From: Anaeramoeba ignava BMAN
Taxonomy: Eukaryota; Protista; Anaeramoebae
Assembly (NCBI GenBank): GCA_028826165.1
Contig: JAPDFW010000043.1
Coordinates: 1 to 55,299, forward strand
DNA: 55,299 nucleotides
Direction: 5' to 3'
The notes under the pieces were generated by a model. The model saw only the letters and a program-made list of their open reading frames with translations. It was not told the DNA's origin and ran no database searches. Of this stretch, positions 1-11,947 are shown one piece after another. Position 1 is the stretch's first letter. Each line of letters begins with the position of its first letter. The translations under genes were made by a program, and so were the position numbers.

Positions 1-14
1 TTATTTATGATTAG

Positions 15-1121
15 AATGTAAATTTTATAAAAAAGTTTTAATTTAAATTTGAATTTAATTTGATTCAAAATATTTTCCTTCTTTTTTTTAAAAAAAATAA
101 GAAAATGACTGGTTTGCATCTTGCTTGTTTACATAATTCTCAAATTGATGTTATTAGAATTTTAGTAATTTCTGGAGCAGATGTTAATGCATTAGATGTA
201 AAATAACAAAAATAAGATGATTTCCATTTTAAAATTATATTAAAATTTTCTTAATTATTTATTTAGAGAGTAAATTTAATAAAATTTTTGATTTTTCAAA
301 TTAATTTATTTTGATAAACAAAATTAATTTTAAAAGAGAGTAAAAATAATGAAATTTTTCATTTCGAAATTTTATTATTTATTAAAATAATTATTTTTAT
401 AAATTTTTCTTTTTTTAAAAAATGAAATTATAAAAGAACAAAACACCTCTTCATTACGCTTGTGAAAATCAAGTTAGTTTTGAAATTATTCAATATTTAC
501 TTGATAAAGGATCTGATCCAAATTTAAAATCAGTAAATTAAAATTAAAATTAAAATTAAAATTATAACTAAAATCCAAAAAATTAAAATTAAATAGAATG
601 TAAATTTTTGGATTTGGAATTAAATTTAAAAAATTTGTTTTTAATATTGATTTGTTTTTAATTTTAGTTTGTAAATAATTGAAAAAGAAAAAAATATCAA
701 ATTTTTTAAAATTAAATAATTTTTTTTCTTTTTAGGGACAAACACCTCTTCATCTTGCATGTAAATTTGAATGTGAATCTCGTGTTATTAATTTACTTCT
801 TAAAATGGGAGCTGATCCAAAAATTGAAGATGTAAAATAAAAATAAAAATAGAAATTAAAATTTAATTAAAATTTTCTTACTTTTTAGATTGTAAATTTA
901 TTTTTATTTAAATTTCAATTAAAATTTATTTAAATTCAAATTTATTTTAGAAAGTATTTTGTTAAAAAAAAATTATTTAATTTAATTTGATTTAATTTGA
1001 TTTGATTTAATTTAATTTCCTAAAAAAAAAAAATAATTAAAAATAGGGAAAAAAAGCTGTTGATTTTGCAAGAGAAAACAAATTATCACAAGAAATTATT
1101 GATAAACTTTCAATTCAATAA
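15..1121 (+). CDS. Ankyrin-repeat protein, 3' part (5' end outside window). Exons: 15-17, 102-197, 267-269, 337-339, 437-532, 597-599, 668-670, 736-831, 889-891, 951-953, 1047-1121
   Basis: Manual translation: N|KMTGLHLACLHNSQIDVIRILVISGADVNALD|R|R|NKTPLHYACENQVSFEIIQYLLDKGSDPNLKS|N|F|GQTPLHLACKFECESRVINLLLKMGADPKIED|I|K|GKKAVDFARENKLSQEIIDKLSIQ*. All introns are GT-AG and phase 0. Confidence 0.9.
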
Positions 1122-1309
1122 ATTCAAAAATTTTTAAAAAGAAAGAAAAAGAAAAAAAGAAATATTTTTAATTTTTAATTTTAATTTTAATTTTAATTTT
1201 AATTTTTAATTTTAATTTTAATTTTTATTTTAATTTTAATTTTGATTTTAATTTTTGATTGAAAATTTCAAATGAAGTAAAAAATTATTTTAAAAAGAAA
1301 AAAATTATT

Positions 1310-4272
1310 TTAAAGAAAATTCTTTTTCAATAAATGAATTAAGAAATTAACATTCAAAGCAACATGATCAAGTTCAAGAAAAATTTCTGAATTATGTTGA
1401 GCTTCCAAAATAGTTTCCATATGAAGATTAGTAACATAAAGAGGATTTGGTTTATTCTTATAACAAAGTTCGAAATTAAAAATACCAGGTGAAGAAGTAG
1501 TTGATATTTTGAAGTAAACAAAAGTTCTTCTTTCTTTTGGAACTTCTGAATCTGATAAAACTCCAATTTTCTCAAGTTCGTTATGAGAAAATTTCATTAC
1601 TTTCTTTTTTCTTTGTTGAGATCCTTTAAAAGTTTTTTGATTCTTTTCAAATGCTTGTTTTCTGACATTATCCAAATATTCCCTATAAATTCCAAGTTGG
1701 TTCTTTAAATAATCAAAATGTCGATCAACACTTTCTTTCACTGACATGAGTAGTGAAGATTCATTAACAATTCTTTGATGATTGATTTGTCTCTGTTTGA
1801 TATAATTTGTGACATCAGACCGAAGTTTTTTGAAATTATTATTTTTTGAGATAATTTTTTCTTTCAATAACTTCTTCATATTAAACATGATGCGTTTAAT
1901 CTTGCGATTTGCTTTTCTGTCTTTTGATGCCTTTGCTTCGTTCCTCAATTTCTGTAAATTTTTTACAAATATTTTAGCATCAACTTCTTCTTCCTTCAAT
2001 CCATCCAATAATTGTTGATAAATTGTTGCCAACATTTCTTTTGTTTCTTGATACATTTTAAGAACATTTCCTCGTTCTTTTGAGAGTGGATTTGCGTAAT
2101 GATTTGCTAATGTAAGTTGAACAGTTGGGTTTTGATCTCGATCAAGTTGTTTTGGTGCTTCTCCCATTTTATCAAGTGCAGTTTTTAAAGGATCATTTTC
2201 ATCTTGAATAACTTTATCTGAATATTTTGCAAATAGTTCATGAATAAAAAACAGTTCATTAAGTGTCACACTAATAGTCACATTCTCTGAGGAAAGTGCG
2301 AGAAATTGATCAAGTTCATCATCTGTTTCCAAGTCTGCAACATCGCAAATATCCTCAAGAAATATTGCAAGTTGTTTTTTTTCTCAACCATAAAATCCCT
2401 TAAAAATTGCCATATAAATTTCTTTTTTCCCAAATGAATCAACCATGTTTGATAATAACTGTAAGAGTTTTGCAAGAAGTGTTAAATTTCTTCTTGCATT
2501 TGGTGTTAATTTTCCTTCTACAATGTGATATGCTGTTGGGGTTACAACTGCTGGATTAAGAAATCTAAGAATAAAAAAACCACCAACAAGTGCAGCAATA
2601 TCATATTTATCTGCATTAGGGAAAAATTCAAGAGTTAATTTTCTGATTTGTTTACAAATTAAACGAATTCCATAAGGAACCATATCGATTTTGTCTGCAA
2701 TTAATTGTAATAACTTTAAAAAATAATTTTATAAATAAATTTTATAAATAAATTTTATAAATGAATTTTAATTTTAATTTTAATTTTAATTTTATAAATA
2801 AATTTTAATTTTGATTTTAATTTTAATTTTAATTTTAATTTTAATTTTAATTTTTAATTTTAATTTTAATTTTAATTTTAATTTTAATTTTAATTTTATA
2901 ACAAACATCATTAAATAATTCTTGTAATTTTAAAACTCTTGGACCTAATAATTCTATAACTTTTGGATGTTCAGCAGCTTCTTCATAAGTTACTTTCTTT
3001 TTCATTTCAGAAGTTATTCCAGTTCTTGATTCTTCTTCATTAACCCATTGTTCATAAATTCTAACAGGATTAATTTCAAGATTAAGTTCTTCATCAGAAG
3101 CAATAGCTTGAAGATGATCCGCCAATAATTTTTTCAAGTAAAGTTGACCAGGACCTCTTCTAGTATAAGTAAATAATAATTTTGTAATTGTAGTATTTGC
3201 TCTCAATAAAGTATTAGTATGTGTGCAATTTTTAAACTCAGAATAAAGTGCAAGTTCAAATAAATTAAGCAGTAATTTTTCTTCTCTTTGATCATAATGA
3301 TTTCCATAAATTGTAAACATCACAATTTGAAGTAATTTTTCACATTCGCCGGGATTCACATATCTTGTTACTGTCGCTATATACTTAGGCATGTGATACA
3401 TTAAATAGAATAATCCACTGTATTGATCCCTTACTCTCTCATCTTTTATTGATATTACTTTTTCTTCTTGATCTTCTATGTTCGATATTTGTACTTCGTT
3501 TAATGTAATTCGATTTTTGATTAAAAGTGCGATTTTTTGATCTAATTGTTTGATTTCTTTTTCAATTTCAAAGTTTTTTTTACTTTGAACAGATATTGCT
3601 CTTTTTAATTGGTTTAAATCATCAAGATCTAAAAATTTTAATTTTAATTTTAATTTTTATTTTTATTTTATAAATGAATTTTAATTTCAATTTTAATTTT
3701 AATTTATAAATGAATTTTAATTTTAATTTAATAAATGAATTTTAATTTTAATTTTATTTTTTAATTTAAATTTTAATTTATAAATGAATTTTAATTTTAT
3801 AAATGAATTTTAAATTTATAAATGAATTTTAAATTAATAAATACCTTTTTGATAATTCCCTGAAGTTATTTGTGGTTGTATTTCTGGGTTCTTTGTTTGA
3901 TAAATTTTATTATAATTAGTTTCTTTTGTTTCTTTTTCTTTTATATTTATATATATTTATTTTTTTTAAAAAAGAAAAAAGCAAAAAAAAAACACAAAAA
4001 AAATTTTTTTTATTATTTCTTTTGTTTTGTTTTGTTTTGTTTTAATTTTTAATTATTTTACTTTTAATTTCTTTTATATTTTGATTTTCTTTGTTTGATT
4101 CTAATTTATTTGATTGATTTGATTTATTTTCAACTTCTCCAAATGATGGTATAGGAATAATAAAATCATTTTCTTGTTCAATTTTTGGTGTTTGAATAAT
4201 ATTTGTTTCAATTTCGTTATTTTTTTCGATTTTTTCTTTGTTTGGATTAAGAAAATCTGGAATATTTGTCAT
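1310..4272 (-). CDS. IQGAP-related RasGAP-domain protein (Dictyostelium GAPA/DGAP1 type, RasGAP plus RasGAP_C), multi-exon, one apparent frameshift near 2340-2390
   Basis: Motifs LLRANT, YGIRLICK, GGFFILRFLNPAVVTP, RRNLTLLAKLLQ, N-terminal LDQKIALLIKNRI and C-terminal LNVNFLIHLLKKNF. Introns at about 3938-4061, 3629-3844 and 2714-2906 join ORFs 4042-4272, 2847-3401, 2384-2683 and 1310-2332. Confidence 0.88.
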
Positions 4273-4571
4273 TATTTTTTTTTTAATATTAATTAATTAA
4301 TTAATTAAAAAACACAAAAAAAAAGAAAGTGAAAATATTATTTGTTTGTTTTTAAAAAAAAAATGAAAAAAGAAAAAGAAAAAAAATGAAAAAAAAATAA
4401 AAAATAATTTTTCCAAATAAAAAAAATTTTATTTTTTGTTTCTTATTTTTTGTTTCTTCTTAAATAATAATAATTAAAAATTTCCTTTTAAATCAAAACC
4501 CCCTTTTTCTAATTAAATCAAATAATTTATTAAAATCATTTTTTTCTTTTTTAATTTTCTTTTTAAAAAAA

Positions 4572-5117
4572 ATGGAAAAACATTTTAAAAAATTTCAATC
4601 TTTTTATAAAAAAATTAATCAAGTTTTTGAAGATTGGAAAGAAGTAAATGATTATTCAAAACTTATTATTGAAAAAATTCTTGATATTTCTTCAAGAACA
4701 TCACTTTTTTTTAAAGAAAAATGTTATGGAATTTTAATAGGATTTTCAAATATTAAAAACGATTTAATTTCAAATCAAATTAAATCAATAGAAAATTTAC
4801 TTTATGAATTAAGAAAACTAATGCTACAATTTGAAGGAATTTATCAAAATTTTTTATCTATTTATGAAGAAATTTTTAATTATTTTGATAAATATCAATT
4901 ACAAATGAATAATTTAAATATTTGTTGGGAATCTAAAATTGGACCAGATTTTTTAACAATTTCTTCTTTTTTAGAATTAATTCAAACAAAGAAAAACATT
5001 TTTTCTAATTATTTATTAATTAGAGAATGTATTTTAGATGAAATTGAAAAAATTGGTCATGTTTTTAATGAAAAAACTCAAAAGAAATGGGAAGAATTAT
5101 TTGATTCTTGGAATTAA
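4572..5117 (+). CDS. Helical protein resembling the C1orf109/AIRIM (CA109-like) family
   Basis: Intronless 181-aa ORF. The pattern W..., GIL..F...L...Q, IS.FLE.IQ, terminal W recalls C1orf109. Recognised from memory only. Confidence 0.5.
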   Translation: MEKHFKKFQSFYKKINQVFEDWKEVNDYSKLIIEKILDISSRTSLFFKEKCYGILIGFSNIKNDLISNQIKSIENLLYELRKLMLQFEGIYQNFLSIYEEIFNYFDKYQLQMNNLNICWESKIGPDFLTISSFLELIQTKKNIFSNYLLIRECILDEIEKIGHVFNEKTQKKWEELFDSWN

Positions 5118-5598
5118 TTTATTAAATATAAAAAAATTTAAATTTGAATTTATTTCTTTTTCTTTTTCTTTTTCTTTTTGAAAAATTTTTGTTCCACTTT
5201 TTTATTTCAATTTATTTAAATTTTAATTTTGATTTTGATTTTGATTTTGATTTTGATTTTAATTTTGATTTTGATTTTGAAAATTTTGTTCCACTTTTTT
5301 ATTTCAATTTAATTAAATTTTTATTTCAATTTATTTAAATTTTAATTTTGATTTTGATTTTAATTTTGATTTTGATTTTGATTTTGAAAATTTTGTTCCA
5401 CTTTTTTATTTTATTTAAATTTTAATTTTTAAAAATATTTTTTTTTTTCAAAATTAAATTTTTCATTTTTTTTCTTTTTTCTTTTTTAAATATATTTTCT
5501 TTATTTGATTTATTATATTTTTTTTTTCAATTATCAAAAATAAAAATAAAAATAAAAAACGAAAACAAATCAAAAATTATAAATAAAATTAAAAACAA

Positions 5599-8500
5599 AT
5601 GAATGATCAAATTGAGAGAATTCCACCTTCAATTTTTTTTAGAATACTTTCATTAATAATAAATATAACTGTTAATTCTACAACAAAAACCCCAAATGTA
5701 AATAAAGAAAGAAAAAAGAAATAATAAAAAACAATTTAAAATAATTTTTCAATTTAAAAAAAAAAAGGATTTAAAAAGAAAAAAGAAATCAAAAGAAAAA
5801 TTTTATGAAATTACAATATTTATTAAATTTGCAGCTTGAATACAATTCGTAGTTTTACTGAATTACGAAAACTGGCAAAAGATATTCAAAAAGTAAAAAT
5901 TTATTGAAAAATTTAAATTAAAAATTTAATTCAAAAACAAAAAGAATTCAAAAATAAATCAAATTTAACAAAAAGAAAATATTCAAAATTGGGTTCAAAA
6001 TCTTTTAATGAATCAAGGATTAGCAACTCTTGAAAATTCAGCTAAAATACATCTTATTCCATTATTAATAAATTTTTTTGAATTTATAAATCGTAATTAA
6101 ATAATATTTATATTTTTGAAAAGGAAATGAGAATTAAAATGATTGAAATTTTATATAAAAATAGCTTTGGGTTTGTTCTATTTTTCCATATGATGAAATT
6201 TTTACAGACTATTTAAATAAAAGACCACTTAGAAGTATTATGATTAAATCAATAAATACAGGAAATACACCATTACATTGTGCAATTTTATCAAGAAATT
6301 ATAATTCTGTTGAAAGTATTTCTTTTCCAAATTATTTTAGAAATAGAAAAAGAAAAAGGAAATTTTTTTAATTTATATTCTTAATTGTGTTTGCTTTTAT
6401 TTATGTTTTTTATTATTCAAAAGTTTTATTAAGAAGATTATCAGCAAATTCAAAATTATTAAATATTCAAAATTCTAAAGGAGAAAATGCTTTTCATACA
6501 GCATTAAAATTGATGAAATATATTGAAATTGATGAACAACAACATAAATTGAAAATTGAAATTATCAAAAATTTAGCAAAATATCATTTTGATTACAGTC
6601 AAGTAAATTAGATTGAATATTTAATTATAATTATAATTATAATTATTATAATAATTTTTATTTGTTTTTGGATTATAATCTTTTTTTTTAAAAAGAAAAA
6701 CAAAAAGGACGAAATGTTCTTCATGTCGCAACAAAAATATTGTAATGAAGAAATTTTGAAAGTATTAATTGATCGGCATAAAGAGGCAAATTTAGATTTA
6801 TTATTTGAACCAGATGGTGAAAAATAATACACCATTTGCAAATTCAGAAAAAAAGATTTGCTAATATTGATTTTGAGAAAGGAGAATTTACAGAAAAATG
6901 AAGTTTTATTTGAATTTGATAATATTGTTGATTCAAAAATCAGAATCAAAATCAGAATCAAAAACCGATTCACTTTCTCGTTCATTAACAGAATCACAAA
7001 CAGGAAATAAATCAGCTCAAAATGACACAGATGAGAATATTGATACAGAAATTGATTTAGGAACAGAAACAGAATTTAGATTAGGATTAGGTACAGAATT
7101 GGGAAGTGGAGGTGAAATGGAACCAGAAATTGATTTTCAAACTAAACTTTTATTTGGAACACCAAGAAAAATTGAACAAAATAAAAATGCTAATGTTAAT
7201 GTTAATATGTTCCAAAATTTATCAGATACTCAACTTCAAATTGAGATTGATAGATTATCTAAATTGAATATTGAAAATCAAACAAAGATTGAGAAACTTT
7301 TACAAGAACTTGAAGAAGTTGAAAATGAAAATGAAAATATAAATTTAATTGAAAATGAAAATATTCAAAATGAAAATGAAAATATTCAAAATGAAAATAT
7401 TCAAAATGAAAATATTGAAGATGAAGATGAAGATGAAGATGATTGGGTTATTCCTGATTCTCCTGGCTTTAAAAATACTCCTCCTTCAAATAAGTAAGAA
7501 TAAATATAAATATAAAATAATATAAAATAAATTAATCCAAATTTTAAAAAATTAAAATTGTTTTTCTTTATTCATTCATTTTTAATATTTCTTAATTAAG
7601 TAATCAAAATAATTCTCAACAAAATGAAATTCAATCAAGTGATTTTTCTGAAAATGATTCTTTACCTAAAAATGAAGAAACAAATTCAAATATTTCAACA
7701 CAATTTGAAGGTTATTTTCCAACTTTTGAATCAGATGAAGAATTTAACAAACAAGAAATGATTAAAGAAGAATTTATAAATTCCTTATTTAATTCTCAAA
7801 TATTTGAATCAGATTTTTGATTTAGATCCAAAAAATTCATTATTTAATGAAGAAAAAGAAAACAAAAACAAAATTCAAAACAAAAATCAAAAGAAAAAGA
7901 AAAAGGAAAAACAAAATTCAAAAAGAAAAAGAAAACGTTCAAAAAGATTCACCTCATTCTCTTCCTGAAAGAACAGTAGTTTCCTTTGATTTTAAAAATA
8001 TGATTGATTCATTAGAAATTGATTCTAGAATAAAAATAGATCCGATTTTGATATAAAAATTTCATATAATAAAAAAAGAAAACAACGAAATTGATTTAAC
8101 TAGTCAACAAAATCGAACTAAAAATAAAAACAAAGAAAATCCAAAAAGTAAATCCAAAAAGATGTAGCTTTAGTAAGATTTTTCCAAGGAAGTGGAAACA
8201 AGAGAAATAGAAATAGAATTCTTAGAAATTCTTTATCACATTCAGAATCAGTAACTGTTCATGATTTTTAATAATATGAAAGCAAAAATTGTGAAAAGTG
8301 AAACAGTTCGACTTGTAAAATTACAATTTTTATCAATCTTTATATAAAAACATTTACTTAATTTTACTGATAATGAATATGAACAAGATTATGAATCAAA
8401 AATCACAAAATCTTGAAAATATTCTTCATTAAAAAGCAAATCAACTTCTTTTTTGGTTTCATGTTCATAATTATCAACAATTTTGTTTGTTATGGGAAGA

Positions 8501-8816
8501 TTCAATTGCAAAAATTCATGCTGAATATATAATTAATAATTTTCTTAAAGAAGATTCACAGAATACAATTAATATTCCTCAAGAAATTCAACAAAATATT
8601 TTATTACAATTAAATCAAATGGGAGAAAATCCAGTTGCAACTCTTTTTGATGAAGCTTTAAAAATTGTTCATTCAAGTTTAATATCTGATAAAATTCTTC
8701 ATTATAGATTTTTAAGAAGTTTACATTATAAAGAACTTTTATCTGAAATTAATGAATATAAAGGATTATCTTCTCAAAATAAAAAAATAATAACAATAAT
8801 AACAATAATAATGTAA
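5599..8816 (+). CDS. Multi-exon protein with ankyrin repeats, acidic linker and C-terminal RGS domain (possible N-terminal PX-like region); several frameshifts
   Basis: ANK motifs TGNTPLHCAI (~6258), NSKGENAFHTA, KNKKGRNVLHVA. RGS signature AEYIINNFLKEDSQNTINIP...LFDEALKIV...YRFLRS in ORF 8487-8816. GT-AG introns at about 6317-6423, 6603-6694 and 7494-7600. Confidence 0.72.
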
Positions 8817-9041
8817 AATTCTAAATTAAATTAAATTAATTAAGAAATATTATTTTAAATTATTATTTTAAATTTTGTAATTAATTTGTTTTTGTTTGTT
8901 TTTGGAAATTTAAAAATAAAATTTTTGAATTGAAGTTTGATTATCGTTTTTATCAAAAAGTAAAAGTAAAAGTAAAATTAAAAGTAAAAGTGAAATTAAA
9001 AAGTAAAAGTGAAAGTAATTGAAATTGAAAAAAAGGAATTT

Positions 9042-11208
9042 TTAATCGAAAGGAAGATCGTTAATGAAAAACGATACATTAAATCATATGTATTTTCGGG
9101 TTGATCAATCTATTATTAATATTTATTTATATTTATTATAATAAAATAAATTTAAAAAGAATATAAATTTGATAATTATTTTCTTTGTTTTTTTTTTAAA
9201 ATTAAAAATTTTACAACTCTATTTTGTTTTAAAAGAAAAAGAATGAATTGTTTAATTTTGAATTTTTAAATTGTTTAATTTTAATTGTTAAAATTACCCT
9301 TCATGTCCAGCACCAATAATAAGTGTAATATACCAAAGATTCTTATAATTTTTAGTATATCCAGCAACTTTTCCATCAACTTTCCAAACAATTCGGAGTT
9401 GAGTTATTAAAATCATTCATATATTCCCAATTAGTAGTAGCATTTAATAAACCAAGAGTTGACATTAAATCAATTATTAAATCATATTGACCAGTAAATA
9501 ATAAATATTTTAGTTCCATTAGCCAAAAAGAGCTTCAAATTCTGGTTTAACTGATTTAGAGATATCGTCATATAAATAATGAATTGGAGGTCCATTACAA
9601 TTATACCAAGTTGTATTAGGATCAACTCCAAAAAGCTTCTTTTGTTGAATTTGGATTCCATAAAATTAGTTAATTCTGTCATCATGTTATATATGGATCT
9701 CATATACCTTATATACCATACATAATTTGCATTTCCTGACATGTGTTGACAATTTCATCCCAGAGAGAAAGCATACAAGCTGTTGCAAGGTGCCAACTTT
9801 CATTTTTATTAAACTTTTTACATTCAAGTTTTTCATGAATTATTGGATATTCATTAACTCCAATTAATCCAGTTGTATATGAATAATATGAATAATTCAT
9901 TTGACTATAAGGATCTGTTAATCCATCACCTAATATAAATCAATATATTTAAATGGAGTTTAATATTTAAATTAATATATTTTAAATTAATATATAAATA
10001 AAATATATTAATATTTAAATTAATATTTAAATTTGATATTTAAATAAAATATATAAATTAATATTTAAATTGATATTTAAATAAATATATAAATAAATAT
10101 ATAAATAAAATATTTAAATTAATATATAAATTAATATTTTAAATAAAATATTTAAATTAATATTTAAATTAATATTTAAATAAATATATAAATATATATA
10201 TAAAATAAATATATAAATAAATATATAAAAAAATATTTAAATTAATATTTAAATTAATATTTAAAAATTAATATATAAATTAATATATATAAATAAATAT
10301 ATAAATAAATATATAAATATATATATAAATTAATATATAAATAACCAATATATATTTTAAAAATATTTTCAAATTTAAATATATAAATTAATATTTAAAT
10401 AAATAAAATATATAAATTAATATATAAATAAATATATAAACAACATATACAACATATGGAATAAAATATAAATATATAAAATCAAAGGCAAAAAATTAAT
10501 ATTTAAAATAAATATTTAAATTAATAATTTTAAAATAAATAAATATAAATTAATATATAAACGATATTTTAAATCAATATTACCAATAAATTTCCTTTTT
10601 AAAAAGGAATTACAAAATTCTCTTGCATAATCTTATAAACCAATAGCAGGAAGGAAGATATTTTCCCACAATAACTTAGCACAATAAATATAAAAATCAT
10701 TATTTTTATAAATCTGAAACTTATCAAAGAAGAAGACAGACAAAGCATTATAAATTTGTTGAGAAACCAAAGTTTGATTAATAGGATAACCATCAGGATC
10801 ATCAATATAAGAATAACCAGCAACCAGGAGGATTATCAATATAAAGCAAATTAAGCATATTAGTCCAAGAATAACGATTTGGAATAAAAAGATCCATCAG
10901 ATCGAAGGATTGAAGGACCAATTGTCAAAAAGAGAGTATGCTCAGATGCATCCTGGTCCACCAGCAATTATCAATTCAACAGGAGCAGATTCATCCATTG
11001 ATGGAACAAAGATAAAGAATAAATTCGCCCTGATGATCTTAAGTTTTGCTTGCATCCACTGTAGCTTCGAAATCCCTCCTATTTTTGTTTTTGTTTTGCT
11101 GTAGATTTCTTTCCTGCTGTTATGTTGTTTATTATTACTTTGGATGTGTGTGAATTAATTGAATAGAAATAGAAATCCTATTATGTAAATTAGCAATTTT
11201 TGTTTCAT
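9042..11208 (-). pseudogene. Serine carboxypeptidase (S10) copy 1; many frameshifts (pseudogene or consensus errors)
   Basis: Near-collinear with 11948-13751. AGGPGC, DNP..AGYSY, GDGLTDP and GAGHE motifs are spread over shifting frames. Includes a 4-nt microexon at 9215-9218. Confidence 0.75.
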
Positions 11209-11947
11209 TTTTTTTCTATTTTAAATGGAATTAGAAAAATGAAAAATGAAAAATTGAATATCGAAGCAATTAAACTTTAAAAATTGGAATTTCGAATTTC
11301 ATTTTAAAAATCACAAAAATCTTGAAAAATATTCTTCATTAAAAAGCAAATCATTTTTCTGGTTTCATGTTCATAATTATCAACAATTTTGTTTGTTATG
11401 GGAAGATTCAATTGCAAAAATTCATGCTGAATATATAATTAATAATTTTCTTAAAGAAGATTCACAGAATACAATTAATATTCCTCAAGAAATTCAACAA
11501 AATATTTTATCACAATTAAATCAAATGGGAGAAAATCCAGTTGCAACTCTTTTTATGAAGTTTTAAAAATTGTTCATTCAAGTTTAATATCTGATAAAAT
11601 TCTTCATTATAGATTTTTAAGAAGTTTACATTATAAAAGAACTTTTATCTGAAATTAATGAATATAAAGGATTATCTTCTCAAAATAAAAATAATAACAA
11701 TAATAACAATAATAATGTAAAATTTAAATTAAATTAAATTAATTAAGAAATAATATTTTAAATTATTATTTTAAATTTTGTAATTAATTTGTTTTTGTTT
11801 GTTTTTGAAATTTAAAAATAAAATTTTTGAATTGAATTTTGATTATCGTTTTTATCAAAAAGTAAAAGTAAAAGTAAAAAGTGAAATTAAAAAGTAAAAG
11901 TGAAATTAAAAGTAAAAGTGAAAGTAATTGAAATTGAAAAAGGAATT

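Noticed and set aside
105-107. ATG at 105 as the start of the ankyrin gene
   Set aside because: It is preceded by an AG acceptor at 100-101 giving a 96-nt exon like the others, with an upstream microexon at 15-17, so the gene begins before the window.
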